DNA of 64,000 bases from Flectonema sp. DT1601. Lineage: Eukaryota. The stretch is from assembly GCA_964019425.1 (NCBI GenBank), contig OZ025781.1:682001-746000 (forward strand), given 5' to 3'. Positions within the stretch are counted from its first letter, which is position 1, and every line of letters begins with the position of its first letter. Shown in pieces: positions 37,934 to 47,980 of this stretch. The notes under the pieces were generated by a model, which saw only the letters and a program-made list of their open reading frames with translations, was not told the origin of the DNA and made no database searches. Both the position numbers and the translations under genes were made by a program.

Positions 37934-40220
37934 ATGCAAGTTTTTGTGACGTGTCCGGATTTAGGATTCCCTGCGGTGTCAGTCACGGTTGGTGCTGATT
38001 CTGTTGTGAGCGACGTGTTGATGGAAGCGGCTGGCGAGTGGGATGTCGATGCGGAGGAAGTTGTACTGTTGTTCGCTGGTGATGTCCTTTGTGAAAGTGA
38101 GCGGCTGGCAGATCATGGAGTGGGTGGAGACAGCGAGTTGGAAATTCGGAAGAAGCTGATTCGGATCTTCGGTAAAAACTGGTTTGTTGATGATAGAAAA
38201 AGGGAGATGCTGCTTCTTTGGATTAGAGATCACAATACGGAGGATTTATATCTGGACACTCCCACATTCTTGGAGGATGGTTGCCTCACTATTGACAAAA
38301 GATTGCTTCCTTCAGATGCCAAACGGATTTCCTTCCGCCATTCAAACTCCAACAGCACGGTCATCTCACAAGTTACTTCTATTGAAGATTTCTTTTTATC
38401 TGAGTGTTCAGAAATCACTTCTGTTGACCTTTCAGGTCTTAGTAGTATCACCAGTATTGGAGATGATTTTTTGTCTTATTGTTCAAAAATCACTTCTGTT
38501 GACCTTTCAGGTCTTAGTAGTGTCACCAGTATTGGAAATCATTTTTTATTTCGTTGTTCAGAAATCACTTCTCTTGACCTTTCAGGTCTTAGTAGTGTCA
38601 CCAGTATTGGAAATCATTTTTTATTTCGTTGTTCAGAAATCACTTCTGTTGACCTTTCAGGTCTTATTGGTATCACCAGTATTGAAAATTACTTTTTAAA
38701 TAATTGTTTACAAATCACTTCTGTTGACCTTTCAGGTCTTAGTAGTGTCACCAGTATTGGATATCATTTTTTGTCTGAGTGTTCAGAAATCACTTCTCTT
38801 GACCTTTCAGGTCTTAGTAGTGTCACCAGTATTGGAGATTATTTTTTGTCTAGTTGTTCAGAAATCACTTCTCTTGACCTTTCAGGTCTTAGTAGTGTCA
38901 CTAGTATTAAAGATTATTTTTTGTCTAGTTGTTCAGAAATCACTTCTCTTGACCTTTCAGGTCTTAGTAGTGTCATCAGTATTGGAAATCTTTTTTTGTC
39001 TAGTTGTTCAAAAATCACTTCTCTTGACCTTTCAGGTCTTATTAGTGTCACCAGTATTGGAAATTGTTTTTTGTCTTGGTGTTCAGAAATCACTTCTGTT
39101 AACCTTTCAGGTCTTAGTAGTGTCATCAATATTGGAAGTAATTTTTTGTCTTATTGTCAAAAAATCACTTCTCTTGACCTTTCAGGTCTTAGTAGTGTCA
39201 CCAGAATTGGAGATTGTTTTTTGTCTTGGTGTTCACAAATAACTTCTGTTGACCTTTCAGGTCTTAGTAGTGTCACCAGTATTGGATATCGTTTTTTCTC
39301 TGAGTGTTCAGAAATCACTTCTCTTGACCTTTCAGGTCTTAGTAGTGTCACCAGTATTAGAAATCATTTTTTGTCTGATTGTTCAGAAATCACTTCTCTT
39401 GAACTTTCAGGTCTTAGTAGTGTCACTAGTATTGAAGGTTGTTTTTTGTCTAGTTGTTCAGAAATCACTTCTCTTGACCTTTCAGGTCTTAGTAGTGTCA
39501 TCAGTATTGGAAATTGTTTTTTGTCTTGGTGTTCACAAATAACTTCTGTTGACCTTTCAGGTCTTAGTAGTGTCACCAGTATTGGATATCGTTTTTTCTC
39601 TGAGTGTTCAGAAATCACTTCTCTTGACCTTTCAGGTCTTAGTAGTGTCACCAGTATTAGAAATCATTTTTTATTTCGTTGTTCAGAAATCACTTCTCTT
39701 GACCTTTCAGGTCTTAGTAGTGTCACCAGTATTAAAAGTTCTTTTTTGTCTTATTGTTCAGAAATCACTTCTCTTGACCTTTCAGGTCTTAGTAGTGTCA
39801 CCAGTATTAAAAGTTCTTTTTTGTCTTATTGTTCAGAAATCACTTCTCTTGACCTTTCAGGTCTTAGTAGTGTCACCAGTATTGGATATCAATTTTTGTC
39901 TAATTGTTCAGAAATCACTTCTGTTGACCTTTCAGGTCTTAGTAGTGTCACTAGTATTGGAAATGATTTTTTATTTCGTTGTTCAGAAATCACTTCTCTT
40001 GACCTTTCAGGTCTTAGTAGTGTCACCAGTATTAAAAGTTCTTTTTTGTCTTATTGTTCAGAAATCACTTCTCTTGACCTTTCAGGTCTTAGTAGTGTCA
40101 CCAGTATTGGATATCAATTTTTGTCTAATTGTTCAGAAATCACTTCTGTTGACCTTTCAGGTCTTAGTAGTGTCACCAGTATTGGAGATTGTTTTTTGTC
40201 TTATTGTTCAGAAATCACTT
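37934..40220 (+). CDS. UBL-LRR copy 2, 5' part (24 repeats), interrupted by and fused in frame to retrotransposon ORF1
   Basis: Same UBL and LRR units; repeats stop at gaaatcactt (40220) while the frame stays open to 43243. Confidence 0.88.
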
Positions 40221-40288
40221 GGGATCACGACACCTGCCTCCTCGCGGCGGTCCCGGACGACTTCGATAGGGGTCGACAAAACAGTGTC
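40221..40288 (+). ncRNA. HDV-like self-cleaving ribozyme (predicted)
   Basis: P1 GGGAUC/GGUCCC, P2 GACAC(C)U/AGUGUC, P3 GCC/GGC with L3 UCCUCGC, GG for P1.1, P4 CGACUUC-GAUA-GGGGUCG, J4/2 ACAAAAC; starts at the first base of the element. Confidence 0.8.
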
Positions 40289-40576
40289 AAACACAAGAGA
40301 TGCCAACAACATCAAAACCATCAAAACCAGCTACAACATCCAGAGCATACAAACCCTGGCTTGTCAAATAAAGAACGGAATAAACTAGCCCATGCCTTGA
40401 ATGGCAATGGTGGACCAGGAAAGGACAGCAGAGACCGACGCCCGCGAGACGATACTCGCGACAGGGACGAAAACCGTCCAAACAAGGAGGAACGTCGCAT
40501 AGCGAAGCTCGAGAAAGAGAAACTCGACTCGCTAGACGAGATAGAGGAAGAGAAGCAACGACTGGGGCAGCAGAGA

Positions 40577-43243
40577 ATGGCCATGGAACAGCACCACCAC
40601 CAGAAGGAAACCAACCTTCAAGGACAAGAAAAACAGTTGGAACAGCAACGCCAACACCAACAACAAGAACTGCAAAGTCAGTACCACCAACAACAGCAGC
40701 AACTGCAAAGCCATCATCAGCTGAAGGAAACGGAAAGTTTCCAGAAGGAGCAAAACCTACAGGCTCAACTCAAGGAGCGACACCAGCACCAACAGAAGGA
40801 ATTGGAGAAGCAATACCGCCAACAACAACAGCAACTGGAAAGCCAACAGCAGAAGAAGGACGCCGAGTCTGAACAGCAAACACATCTGACTCGGTTACAA
40901 CTACAGAAGGAAAAGGAATCCTTCCAGACAGAGAAGGAACGGCTCCACCTCCAGCTGGATCAGCAGTTGAAGAACGAGAAGGAGCACCTCCACCAACAAC
41001 TCCAACAGAAGGAAGACGAGGTTCGTAAAGAAAAGTTAGCAGAGAGAATAGAACTCCAACAACTACGAGATGAACTAACTCAACAAGAACAGAACATCCA
41101 ACGACGTGAGGAAGAGGTGAACCGAGGACAGCACCAACTACACCAACAACAACAACAACTAGAGCAGCAGCAACAGCAATCGCAACATCAGCAACTGGAA
41201 CTACAACAACAACGGCAACAACAGCAACAGCAACAACAGCATCAACAACTGGAACTACAACAACAACAACAACAACAGCACCAACAACAGCATCAACAAC
41301 TGGAACTGGAACAACAACAACTACAACAGCAACAGCAACTGCAACAACATCGACAACCGCAACAACAACCGCAACAGCAACCCGTACACTACATGCAACA
41401 TCAACCGTATGCAACGTACGACACCTACGCCCAGCAGCAGCAGTCTTCCCACTACGAAGGGCTACAACAGGAACTGAAGCGCGAAAGAGAGGAGAAGAGC
41501 GAACTACGCGAGATGCTCCGAACTCTCCAACAACAACTGGACGGATTGAGAGAAGAACTCAAGGCCCAACATGCTGAGGCGAAGAGGCAGCAGGAAACGG
41601 CGGGACGAGAAGCGAGAGAGATGCAAGAACGTTTCTTGCTAGAACTCGAAGCGGAACGGGTCCAGATCAGAGGGCTCAACTCGCTGAGAGAAGAGGAAGA
41701 GGAACTTCAGATGGACACCACCCCTGATCAGGAAGCAAACACGGAAGTGAAGCAAACGCCACCGGTGAAGCTGCCCCAAGACGGTATGAGGGAGCTGGAC
41801 GCCTCACGCAAGAAGCTGATGAAAGAAATCAATGAAGGGCAGGTAGCCGGACGATCGGCCATCCAAGAGCAGATGGTCCGAGAGGCCGGGAGACTGGCGC
41901 AGACTCAGAAGAGCTGGGAGAACGCAGCACGCAAGGAGCGATCCAGGGTGGATAACCTCTCGCTGGCACCGGAATACTGGCCAGAGGGAATGGCGATCAC
42001 GAAGGAGCAGTACGACGCCGGTGCAAAGGGAGTACACCTCACCACCAGAGAGGAGGCAAGGAAGAGGATGTCGGGAACACCTCCGGGAGCCTGGGAAACG
42101 TTATCCCTGGTAACCCTGGAACCACCATCAAGCACGGCCCAAAAAGTACAAGTGGTACTGAAGGAGACGACGAGCGACGGCGAGAAGAGAATTCTCAAGC
42201 AGCTCTGGATGACAACACTGGGAAGAGTGGTTGTACCATCCGGAACAGACGTCGTGCGGACGGAAAGCACGAGGGAGATGGTTGTCCGAGTGGACAAAAA
42301 ATGGTCCGGAGAGAAGAGATGGTCGGAAGTGAAGCGCTCCCCGTTCAGAGCAACGGAGGAATTGAAGAAGATGCCGGGGTACGTCGATACGTACAACCCG
42401 CGGATCGGAGACCAGAGCGTGACCGTGATGCTCAGGGTGAAGGTAGCCGAAGTGAAGAACTTCCTCCGAGAATCGGGGAAGGACGGCGTCTTCACCAAGG
42501 AAAAGGATCCGAGAGAGGAACGAGCAGTGAAGGCGGCGGTCATTTGGCTACCGAAGGACGAGACGCTCGGAATCGCTCGGGACAAGGCTGTAGAAGTCGA
42601 TGGAGGGCTGGGACTCGTGGTAAACGAACACGGACTCGGGCTTCGAGTGACCAGCTGGCAGGAAACGGCGGCGAGGGAGAAACTGCACCTGCCGGCTAAG
42701 CTACCGGAAACAAAGATCACGGGGATACCGATCGGCACAACCACCGACGAAGCGATCAAGTGGCTGATCACGAAGGAAGGCTGGGAAGTGAGGAAGACGA
42801 AGGAAGGCGTACGGAACGGCATGCGATGGATGGTCGTCCGCGGTCCGGTGAGAACGCAGGAAACCATCACAGTGGATGGCGTCCTGTGCATGGTGGAGGC
42901 TGGGAAACAGAAGGAGGAAGTCGACCCGAAACGGAAGGAGACCAAACGCCCGAATGCGACACCGACGAAACCAGAGAAAAGGCGTGACCCGACGGAGGGA
43001 ACGGGAGGAAAGTGGTACACTCGATTGGAGTTCATCGAGTTTCATGGGAAGAAGAAGGGACAACGCCTATGGTTAGAAGCCAGCAACCCAACACCAACTA
43101 CGACGGCACCTACGAAGGCAGCGACCGCAACGACAACAGCGAAAAAGGAGCCCAAGTCGACAAAAAAGAAGGAGAACAGCTCAGTGGACGAGAGATTGGA
43201 CCGACTGGAACGTCTACTGATGGCGTTCATGGAACGGAATTGA
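40577..43243 (+). CDS. Retrotransposon ORF1 (Gln/Glu-rich coiled coil plus basic C-terminal half); true start uncertain
   Basis: Frame is open from the element's 5' end; first in-frame ATG at 40577; long Q/E-rich helical region; TGA at 43241-43243. Confidence 0.8.
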   Translation: MAMEQHHHQKETNLQGQEKQLEQQRQHQQQELQSQYHQQQQQLQSHHQLKETESFQKEQNLQAQLKERHQHQQKELEKQYRQQQQQLESQQQKKDAESEQQTHLTRLQLQKEKESFQTEKERLHLQLDQQLKNEKEHLHQQLQQKEDEVRKEKLAERIELQQLRDELTQQEQNIQRREEEVNRGQHQLHQQQQQLEQQQQQSQHQQLELQQQRQQQQQQQQHQQLELQQQQQQQHQQQHQQLELEQQQLQQQQQLQQHRQPQQQPQQQPVHYMQHQPYATYDTYAQQQQSSHYEGLQQELKREREEKSELREMLRTLQQQLDGLREELKAQHAEAKRQQETAGREAREMQERFLLELEAERVQIRGLNSLREEEEELQMDTTPDQEANTEVKQTPPVKLPQDGMRELDASRKKLMKEINEGQVAGRSAIQEQMVREAGRLAQTQKSWENAARKERSRVDNLSLAPEYWPEGMAITKEQYDAGAKGVHLTTREEARKRMSGTPPGAWETLSLVTLEPPSSTAQKVQVVLKETTSDGEKRILKQLWMTTLGRVVVPSGTDVVRTESTREMVVRVDKKWSGEKRWSEVKRSPFRATEELKKMPGYVDTYNPRIGDQSVTVMLRVKVAEVKNFLRESGKDGVFTKEKDPREERAVKAAVIWLPKDETLGIARDKAVEVDGGLGLVVNEHGLGLRVTSWQETAAREKLHLPAKLPETKITGIPIGTTTDEAIKWLITKEGWEVRKTKEGVRNGMRWMVVRGPVRTQETITVDGVLCMVEAGKQKEEVDPKRKETKRPNATPTKPEKRRDPTEGTGGKWYTRLEFIEFHGKKKGQRLWLEASNPTPTTTAPTKAATATTTAKKEPKSTKKKENSSVDERLDRLERLLMAFMERN

Positions 43244-43285
43244 CCGGCGGAGGACGGAAGGAACTGGGCGGAGACACGGAGACGT

Positions 43286-43327
43286 CTCCTGCTACAAGCT
43301 GGCGACGTTGAGAGGAACCCCGGACCG
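43286..43327 (+). other. 2A-like (StopGo) ribosomal skipping peptide LLLQAGDVERNPG/P
   Basis: Translation from 43244 gives PAEDGRNWAETRRRLLLQAGDVERNPGPRPRIDGLTVGTINV, matching D(V/I)ExNPGP, in frame with both ORFs. Confidence 0.9.
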
Positions 43328-46300
43328 AGACCACGAATCGATGGGCTCACCGTGGGAACAATCAATGTCACCACACTAGAAGGAAAAATAGATGCCATCA
43401 CAGATCTGAACCTAGATCTGATAGCTCTACAGGAAACTTCTCTGACGGGCCCACAGCAACGCCAGATGAAAAAACAGCTCGGTGAGAGAGGATGGGAAGC
43501 GACGTTCGGGTTAGAGTGCAAATTACTAACCGATGGGCAAAAGACGTGGACGGCGGCGGGAGGCGTGGCCATCTTGACGCGCACTGGTACACCGGTGAGA
43601 AGGATAAAACACGATCGGCTCGACAACACGGGACGATTCGTACACGCGGGAGTGTCGTACGGAAATGGCAAGGTACTGCACGTTTTCTCGTTCTACGGAG
43701 ACGTACGTTCGGCGGTCTACACGGAAGAGTTGATTGCGGAGATGCTCGTGGAAGCAGCAGCTCTGGGTGATGTTCCCGTATTTATAGCGGGGGACTTCAA
43801 CGTCGAAACAACGGAATCGCCGGCGCTTCTGTCGGCTTTCGCACACGGACTCTGGATAGATGCCGCCGTCTCGATGGGAAACATGACACCGACAAGCGAA
43901 GCGGGAAAAGGACTTCGTAGAATCGATGCGATTCTGATGAACCGCGGGGCGGCGACAGCAATCTCGAATGACACAACGATCCATGTGCATAAGAGTGAGC
44001 TGATCCCGACACACAAGCCGGTCATCATTAGAAAGCTCAACATCTCACGCTACAACGAGAAGGCTCCTAGGCTGATAGTACCGAAACAGTTGGATACCTC
44101 CGAGACAACGGACCCGAGTGAGGGGAAGGCCGAAAGGCAACTCCACTGGACGCGAGCTGTAGCGACGGAAGATCCTGACAAGATGCTGGAGGCGCTTGGA
44201 GAGATCATCGAAAGATACCTTCTGACGGGAAAGCTGGAGATAAGTAACCCAGCCAAGTACAAGGGACGCGGGAAGAAGCGTGAGCCTGTGATGTGGACGA
44301 ACGCGGCGAAACAAGACGGGAGAGGAGCGACGTGCAGGGAAACGCGGAGAAGACTGCAGAAGATACGTGTTCTGGAGGAAGTGATGAAAATCACAAAGCA
44401 ACGCGATGGTCCGACGGTGCCGTCCCACGAAGTAATGAAACTCTGGAAAAAATTACGAAAACTCGATCCGACGACGGGATCCGAAATACCACAGACGGAG
44501 GAGCTTCGGATACTACTACAACAAGCGAGACAGGAGCAAGCGATAGAAAGCAAGAAGCTCCGAACTGAACGCATCCGCATGTGGAAACGGAATGTTGTCG
44601 ACAATTGGAATGACGACCGCACGAAGGTTTTCCAGTGGATCAGGAACGTCGAGCAATCGAAGACTGTTCTGATGGAAAAGGCAGATGGAAGCTGGACGGC
44701 CAACTGCTCCGAGATGGATGAGGCCATGCACGCGGCATGGGACCCCATACTCAAAAAGTACTTATCAGACCCGGAACCAGACTGGATGAAGTTCGAAGAA
44801 CGGTACAGCAACTACATCGAGGAACACCCGATGCGATGCGAAGATATCACCGGGGAGGACGTTGCAAAAGCCCTCAGAAGGACTAGCTCGCGCAAAGCAG
44901 CTGGGGTAGACGGCTTCAGGATATCGGAGCTCAAGTCGCTACCGGAGGACATGATCCAGATGATAGCGGAATTCTACAACATAGTGGAGAGAACACACTG
45001 GCCGGAAGCACTTCTCACGGCACTGGTGTCGGCCATACCCAAAGGGGCAGGGACGAAACCACTGGAGCAGAGACCCATTACGGTGACATCCGCACTCTAC
45101 AGGCTATGGGGCTGTATACGTATGGAAAAGGATGTAATGGAGTGGCAAGAGAAGTGGGCTCACGACGGGCAGTACGGCTACCGGAAGGGGAGATCTACGC
45201 TCGACCTCAGCTGGAAGATAGCACTAGACGTGGAACACGCAACTCTCTACGGAGAAGAGATTGCTGGAGTGACCACGGACTTCAGGAAGTGTTTTGACCT
45301 GATCCCGCACGACATCCTCCTGAAATTAGTGAAGGAATTGGGCCTAAGTGATAAGATCCTGAAAACTGTGACGGATGTCTACCGGCGACTCAGAAGGAGA
45401 TTCAAGTTCCCGAGCGGCGTCGGAGAAGAATTTGCCACCACCAACGGAATACTGCAAGGATGCCCGCTCAGCGTGGTGCTCTTCAATGCGCTGAGCTCGA
45501 TACTCAGCAAAGCAATCGAGAGGGAAGCCGATGTGACGCCCGGATCGTATGCGGACGACCTGACATTGTTTGGATCACGAACGAAGCTACAAGAAGGCGT
45601 AGAAGTCGTTGCGGAGTTCTGCACCCTGACCGGACAAGAACTCGCGCCTCAGAAATGCAAGTGGTTCTCGAACAGAGACCAGGGCCAGACCAACATCACA
45701 ATGGGGGACACAACACTGGACTTCGATGACAGTGTCGATATCGTGGGATGCCACCTCAGTATGAAAGGAACCACCAAGCAGATGGGGAGGATCACGGAAG
45801 AAGTGCTCGATAGAGCGAGGCGAATCCAGTTACTTCCGCTCAGATACCAAGCGAAGGAACAGATAGCTGCAGCTAGTGTCATGCCCAAGGCGCTCTTCGG
45901 AACGGCACTGTACGATCCCGATGCGACGCGACTCGGACTGCTGAGAAGAGCAATGGCAACGGGGATTTTCCGCAAACTTGGAGGGAAAAGAACTAAGATG
46001 TCGCACACCATGGGCCTAACGCTACTCTGCAAGGGACATTGTGTGGATCCCGCGACGTACATTAGGTACAACAGACTCCTTGCACTCACCAGAATGCTAC
46101 CGAAGCTAACTGAGAGGATACGCAGGGTATGGGAACACCTGCAAGAGCACACTGAAGCGACGAGAGGACCAGTCGGCCTCGCCCTGAGTACTCTGAAGGA
46201 ACTTGGATGGGAATGGTCAACTTTCTCGGTCTTCGAAGGTCCGGGAGGGACGACCGAACACGGAAGGCTGGATGCGGGGCGCTGGCGGCACGATGTCAGA

Positions 46301-47980
46301 GAGGCGTGCAGGCGTTTCACCTGGAACAAAACAATTGCGGAAACGAGACGGGTAAACCTGAGAGGTATTGAAGCGGGCATCGACCGGAAAGAGACCCTGA
46401 AGGTCCTGAAGGAAGGAAAGGGCGACCCCTACCTGCGCGGAGTAGTGAAGCACTGCCTCCTGGACAACGTGTACACTGGCTCGATGAAGGCGGGAAACAA
46501 GAACTGCGCGCACTGCGAGGAGGTTGACGACGTAGAGAGGACGGAGACCCTCGAGCACGTGAACTGGGATTGCAGAGCTTATGACACAATCCGACAGGAA
46601 TACCCGCAAGTGATGCTACAAGTTCGAAGCGATTGGCCCAATTGCCTGAGGCTACTCGGCATCAAGCCCGACAATGTGGAACTGCCGGCGGGGCTCACCG
46701 GAGACCTACAACGAATGTTCGCACGGATCAGGCTCCGCAGGGACGACTACCAACAACTGGAGGAGAGACGGCTGACGGTTGTGGAATACGCTGGGAACAA
46801 GGAACCGGAAGTAGTTATGCGATACAACAACAAACTGGAAAAGTACATGCCAGTATACACCCAATGGCCCGAAGCCCTTGGATTGACCTTGTACTTAGCG
46901 CTTGCGAGCTACCTGAGGGAACTGAAGTGGCCTCGACAGCCAGACGGGGTCGGAGTCACCTTCCTGGAATTAGCGATCGACTTCGAAGCGTATGCGGGGG
47001 TTGACATACCGACCACAGTCCACGAAGGCCACGTAGCGAAGTGCACCAAAGACAGAGCCGCCGGGAAGAAAGCTGACGTCATGTGTGGACTGATGCTAAG
47101 ATTGAACTTGGTTCACAAGCATTTAGAAGGCGAGGAACAAAGAACCTTTCCCGACTACTGCGTAGGAAGCAACAAAGCCTTACGTCCACTAGGAGCCCCG
47201 GTACTGAAAGGTTTGAAGAAACGACCAGCTTTTCTGATGGGAGACGAAACAGTAGACACAATTCGGAGGACGGTCCAGGAGGCGAACGACGGAAAAGCTG
47301 ACAAAATCAGATTCGGCTTCGAGACTGAGTGCAGGCACTCGAGCGAGAGGGAAGGGAGAGCGGAGAAATGGATAACCGCGGCACGACTTTTCCCATCAAA
47401 GGAAAAAGACGTACAGCTGAGGAGGGAGCTCTGCGAGCGAGGACCGACACGCCCGCCACCCGAGGTCGTCAAGAGACCGGGCATCGCGGAGGGACAAGGA
47501 ACGATGAACTCGACGTGCTACGGACACTTCAAGAAGAAATGCAATAGTTGTCGACGGGCCGGAAACACCATCTACCAGTGCTGCCACAACCATCACACTC
47601 TGGGGGATGAAGATGGACAAATACCGATATGGGACTTTTGCAGCAAGCACAAGCTTACTCCATGTGCAGTCTGCATAGTGATCGGCAGAGGATCTGAGCA
47701 ATGTTGCAGAAACAGCCACCACCGATGCCGTCACCACGAGATGGCTCCCTGCAACGACTGCAAGCGGAATCCGGATCCGGAACAACGGACTGCCACGAAA
47801 TGCTGCAACAAAAAGCATCACGGGCCAATTATAAGGACGTTGACGAGGAGGGCGAAGCAGCCGACGAAGCATGATATGCAAACCAGCACATCGCTTCTAA
47901 AATTAGGTTTCACCAAACAAATGAAACCGAAAGCAGAGGAAACCCCGGAAAGGGAACCACAGGACAAGGGGTTAACTTAG
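43325..47980 (+). CDS. Retrotransposon ORF2: APE endonuclease + reverse transcriptase + CCHC knuckle + Cys/His repeats (start given at the 2A proline)
   Basis: APE: GTINV, IALQET, GGVAIL, IAGDFN, RIDAIL, PTH. RT: AAGVDG, RPITV, QYGYRKGRS, DFRKCFD, GILQGCPLS, YADD. CAHC..ETLEHVNWDC knuckle. No stops or frameshifts. Confidence 0.95.
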   Translation, partial: PRPRIDGLTVGTINVTTLEGKIDAITDLNLDLIALQETSLTGPQQRQMKKQLGERGWEATFGLECKLLTDGQKTWTAAGGVAILTRTGTPVRRIKHDRLDNTGRFVHAGVSYGNGKVLHVFSFYGDVRSAVYTEELIAEMLVEAAALGDVPVFIAGDFNVETTESPALLSAFAHGLWIDAAVSMGNMTPTSEAGKGLRRIDAILMNRGAATAISNDTTIHVHKSELIPTHKPVIIRKLNISRYNEKAPRLIVPKQLDTSETTDPSEGKAERQLHWTRAVATEDPDKMLEALGEIIERYLLTGKLEISNPAKYKGRGKKREPVMWTNAAKQDGRGATCRETRRRLQKIRVLEEVMKITKQRDGPTVPSHEVMKLWKKLRKLDPTTGSEIPQTEELRILLQQARQEQAIESKKLRTERIRMWKRNVVDNWNDDRTKVFQWIRNVEQSKTVLMEKADGSWTANCSEMDEAMHAAWDPILKKYLSDPEPDWMKFEERYSNYIEEHPMRCEDITGEDVAKALRRTSSRKAAGVDGFRISELKSLPEDMIQMIAEFYNIVERTHWPEALLTALVSAIPKGAGTKPLEQRPITVTSALYRLWGCIRMEKDVMEWQEKWAHDGQYGYRKGRSTLDLSWKIALDVEHATLYGEEIAGVTTDFRKCFDLIPHDILLKLVKELGLSDKILKTVTDVYRRLRRRFKFPSGVGEEFATTNGILQGCPLSVVLFNALSSILSKAIEREADVTPGSYADDLTLFGSRTKLQEGVEVVAEFCTLTGQELAPQKCKWFSNRDQGQTNITMGDTTLDFDDSVDIVGCHLSMKGTTKQMGRITEEVLDRARRIQLLPLRYQAKEQIAAASVMPKALFGTALYDPDATRLGLLRRAMATGIFRKLGGKRTKMSHTMGLTLLCKGHCVDPATYIRYNRLLALTRMLPKLTERIRRVWEHLQEHTEATRGPVGLALSTLKELGWEWSTFSVFEGPGGTTEHGRLDAGRWRHDVREACRRFTWNKTIAETRRVNLRGIEAGIDRKETLKVLKEGKGDPYLRGVVKHCLLDNVYTGSMKAGNKNCAHCEEVDDVERTETLEHVNWDCRAYDTIRQEYPQVMLQVRSDWPNCLRLLGIKPDNVELPAGLTGDLQRMFARIRLRRDDYQQLEERRLTVVEYAGNKEPEVVMRYNNKLEKYMPVYTQWPEALGLTLYLALASYLRELKWPRQPDGVGVTFLELAIDFEAYAGVDIPTTVHEGHVAKCTKDRAAGKKADVMCGLMLRLNLVHKHLEGEEQRTFPDYCVGSNKALRPLGAPVLKGLKKRPAFLMGDETVDTIRRTVQEANDGKADKIRFGFETECRHSSEREGRAEKWITAARLFPSKEKDVQLRRELCERGPTRPPPEVVKRPGIAEGQGTMNSTCYGHFKKKCNSCRRAGNTIYQCCHNHHTLGDEDGQIPIWDFCSKHKLTPCAVCIVIGRGSEQCCRNSHHRCRHHEMAPCNDCKRNPDPEQRTATKCCNKKHHGPIIRTLTRRAKQPTKHDMQTSTSLLKLGFTKQMKPKAEETPEREPQDKGLT

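Noticed and set aside
46600..47500. RNase H domain as in L1Tc/ingi
   Set aside because: No recognisable TDGS/AEL/DS catalytic motifs by eye; needs a profile search
40287..47881. Long antisense and shifted ORFs within the retrotransposon (e.g. 41905-43035 minus)
   Set aside because: Expected in GC-rich, strand-biased coding DNA; no domains recognised
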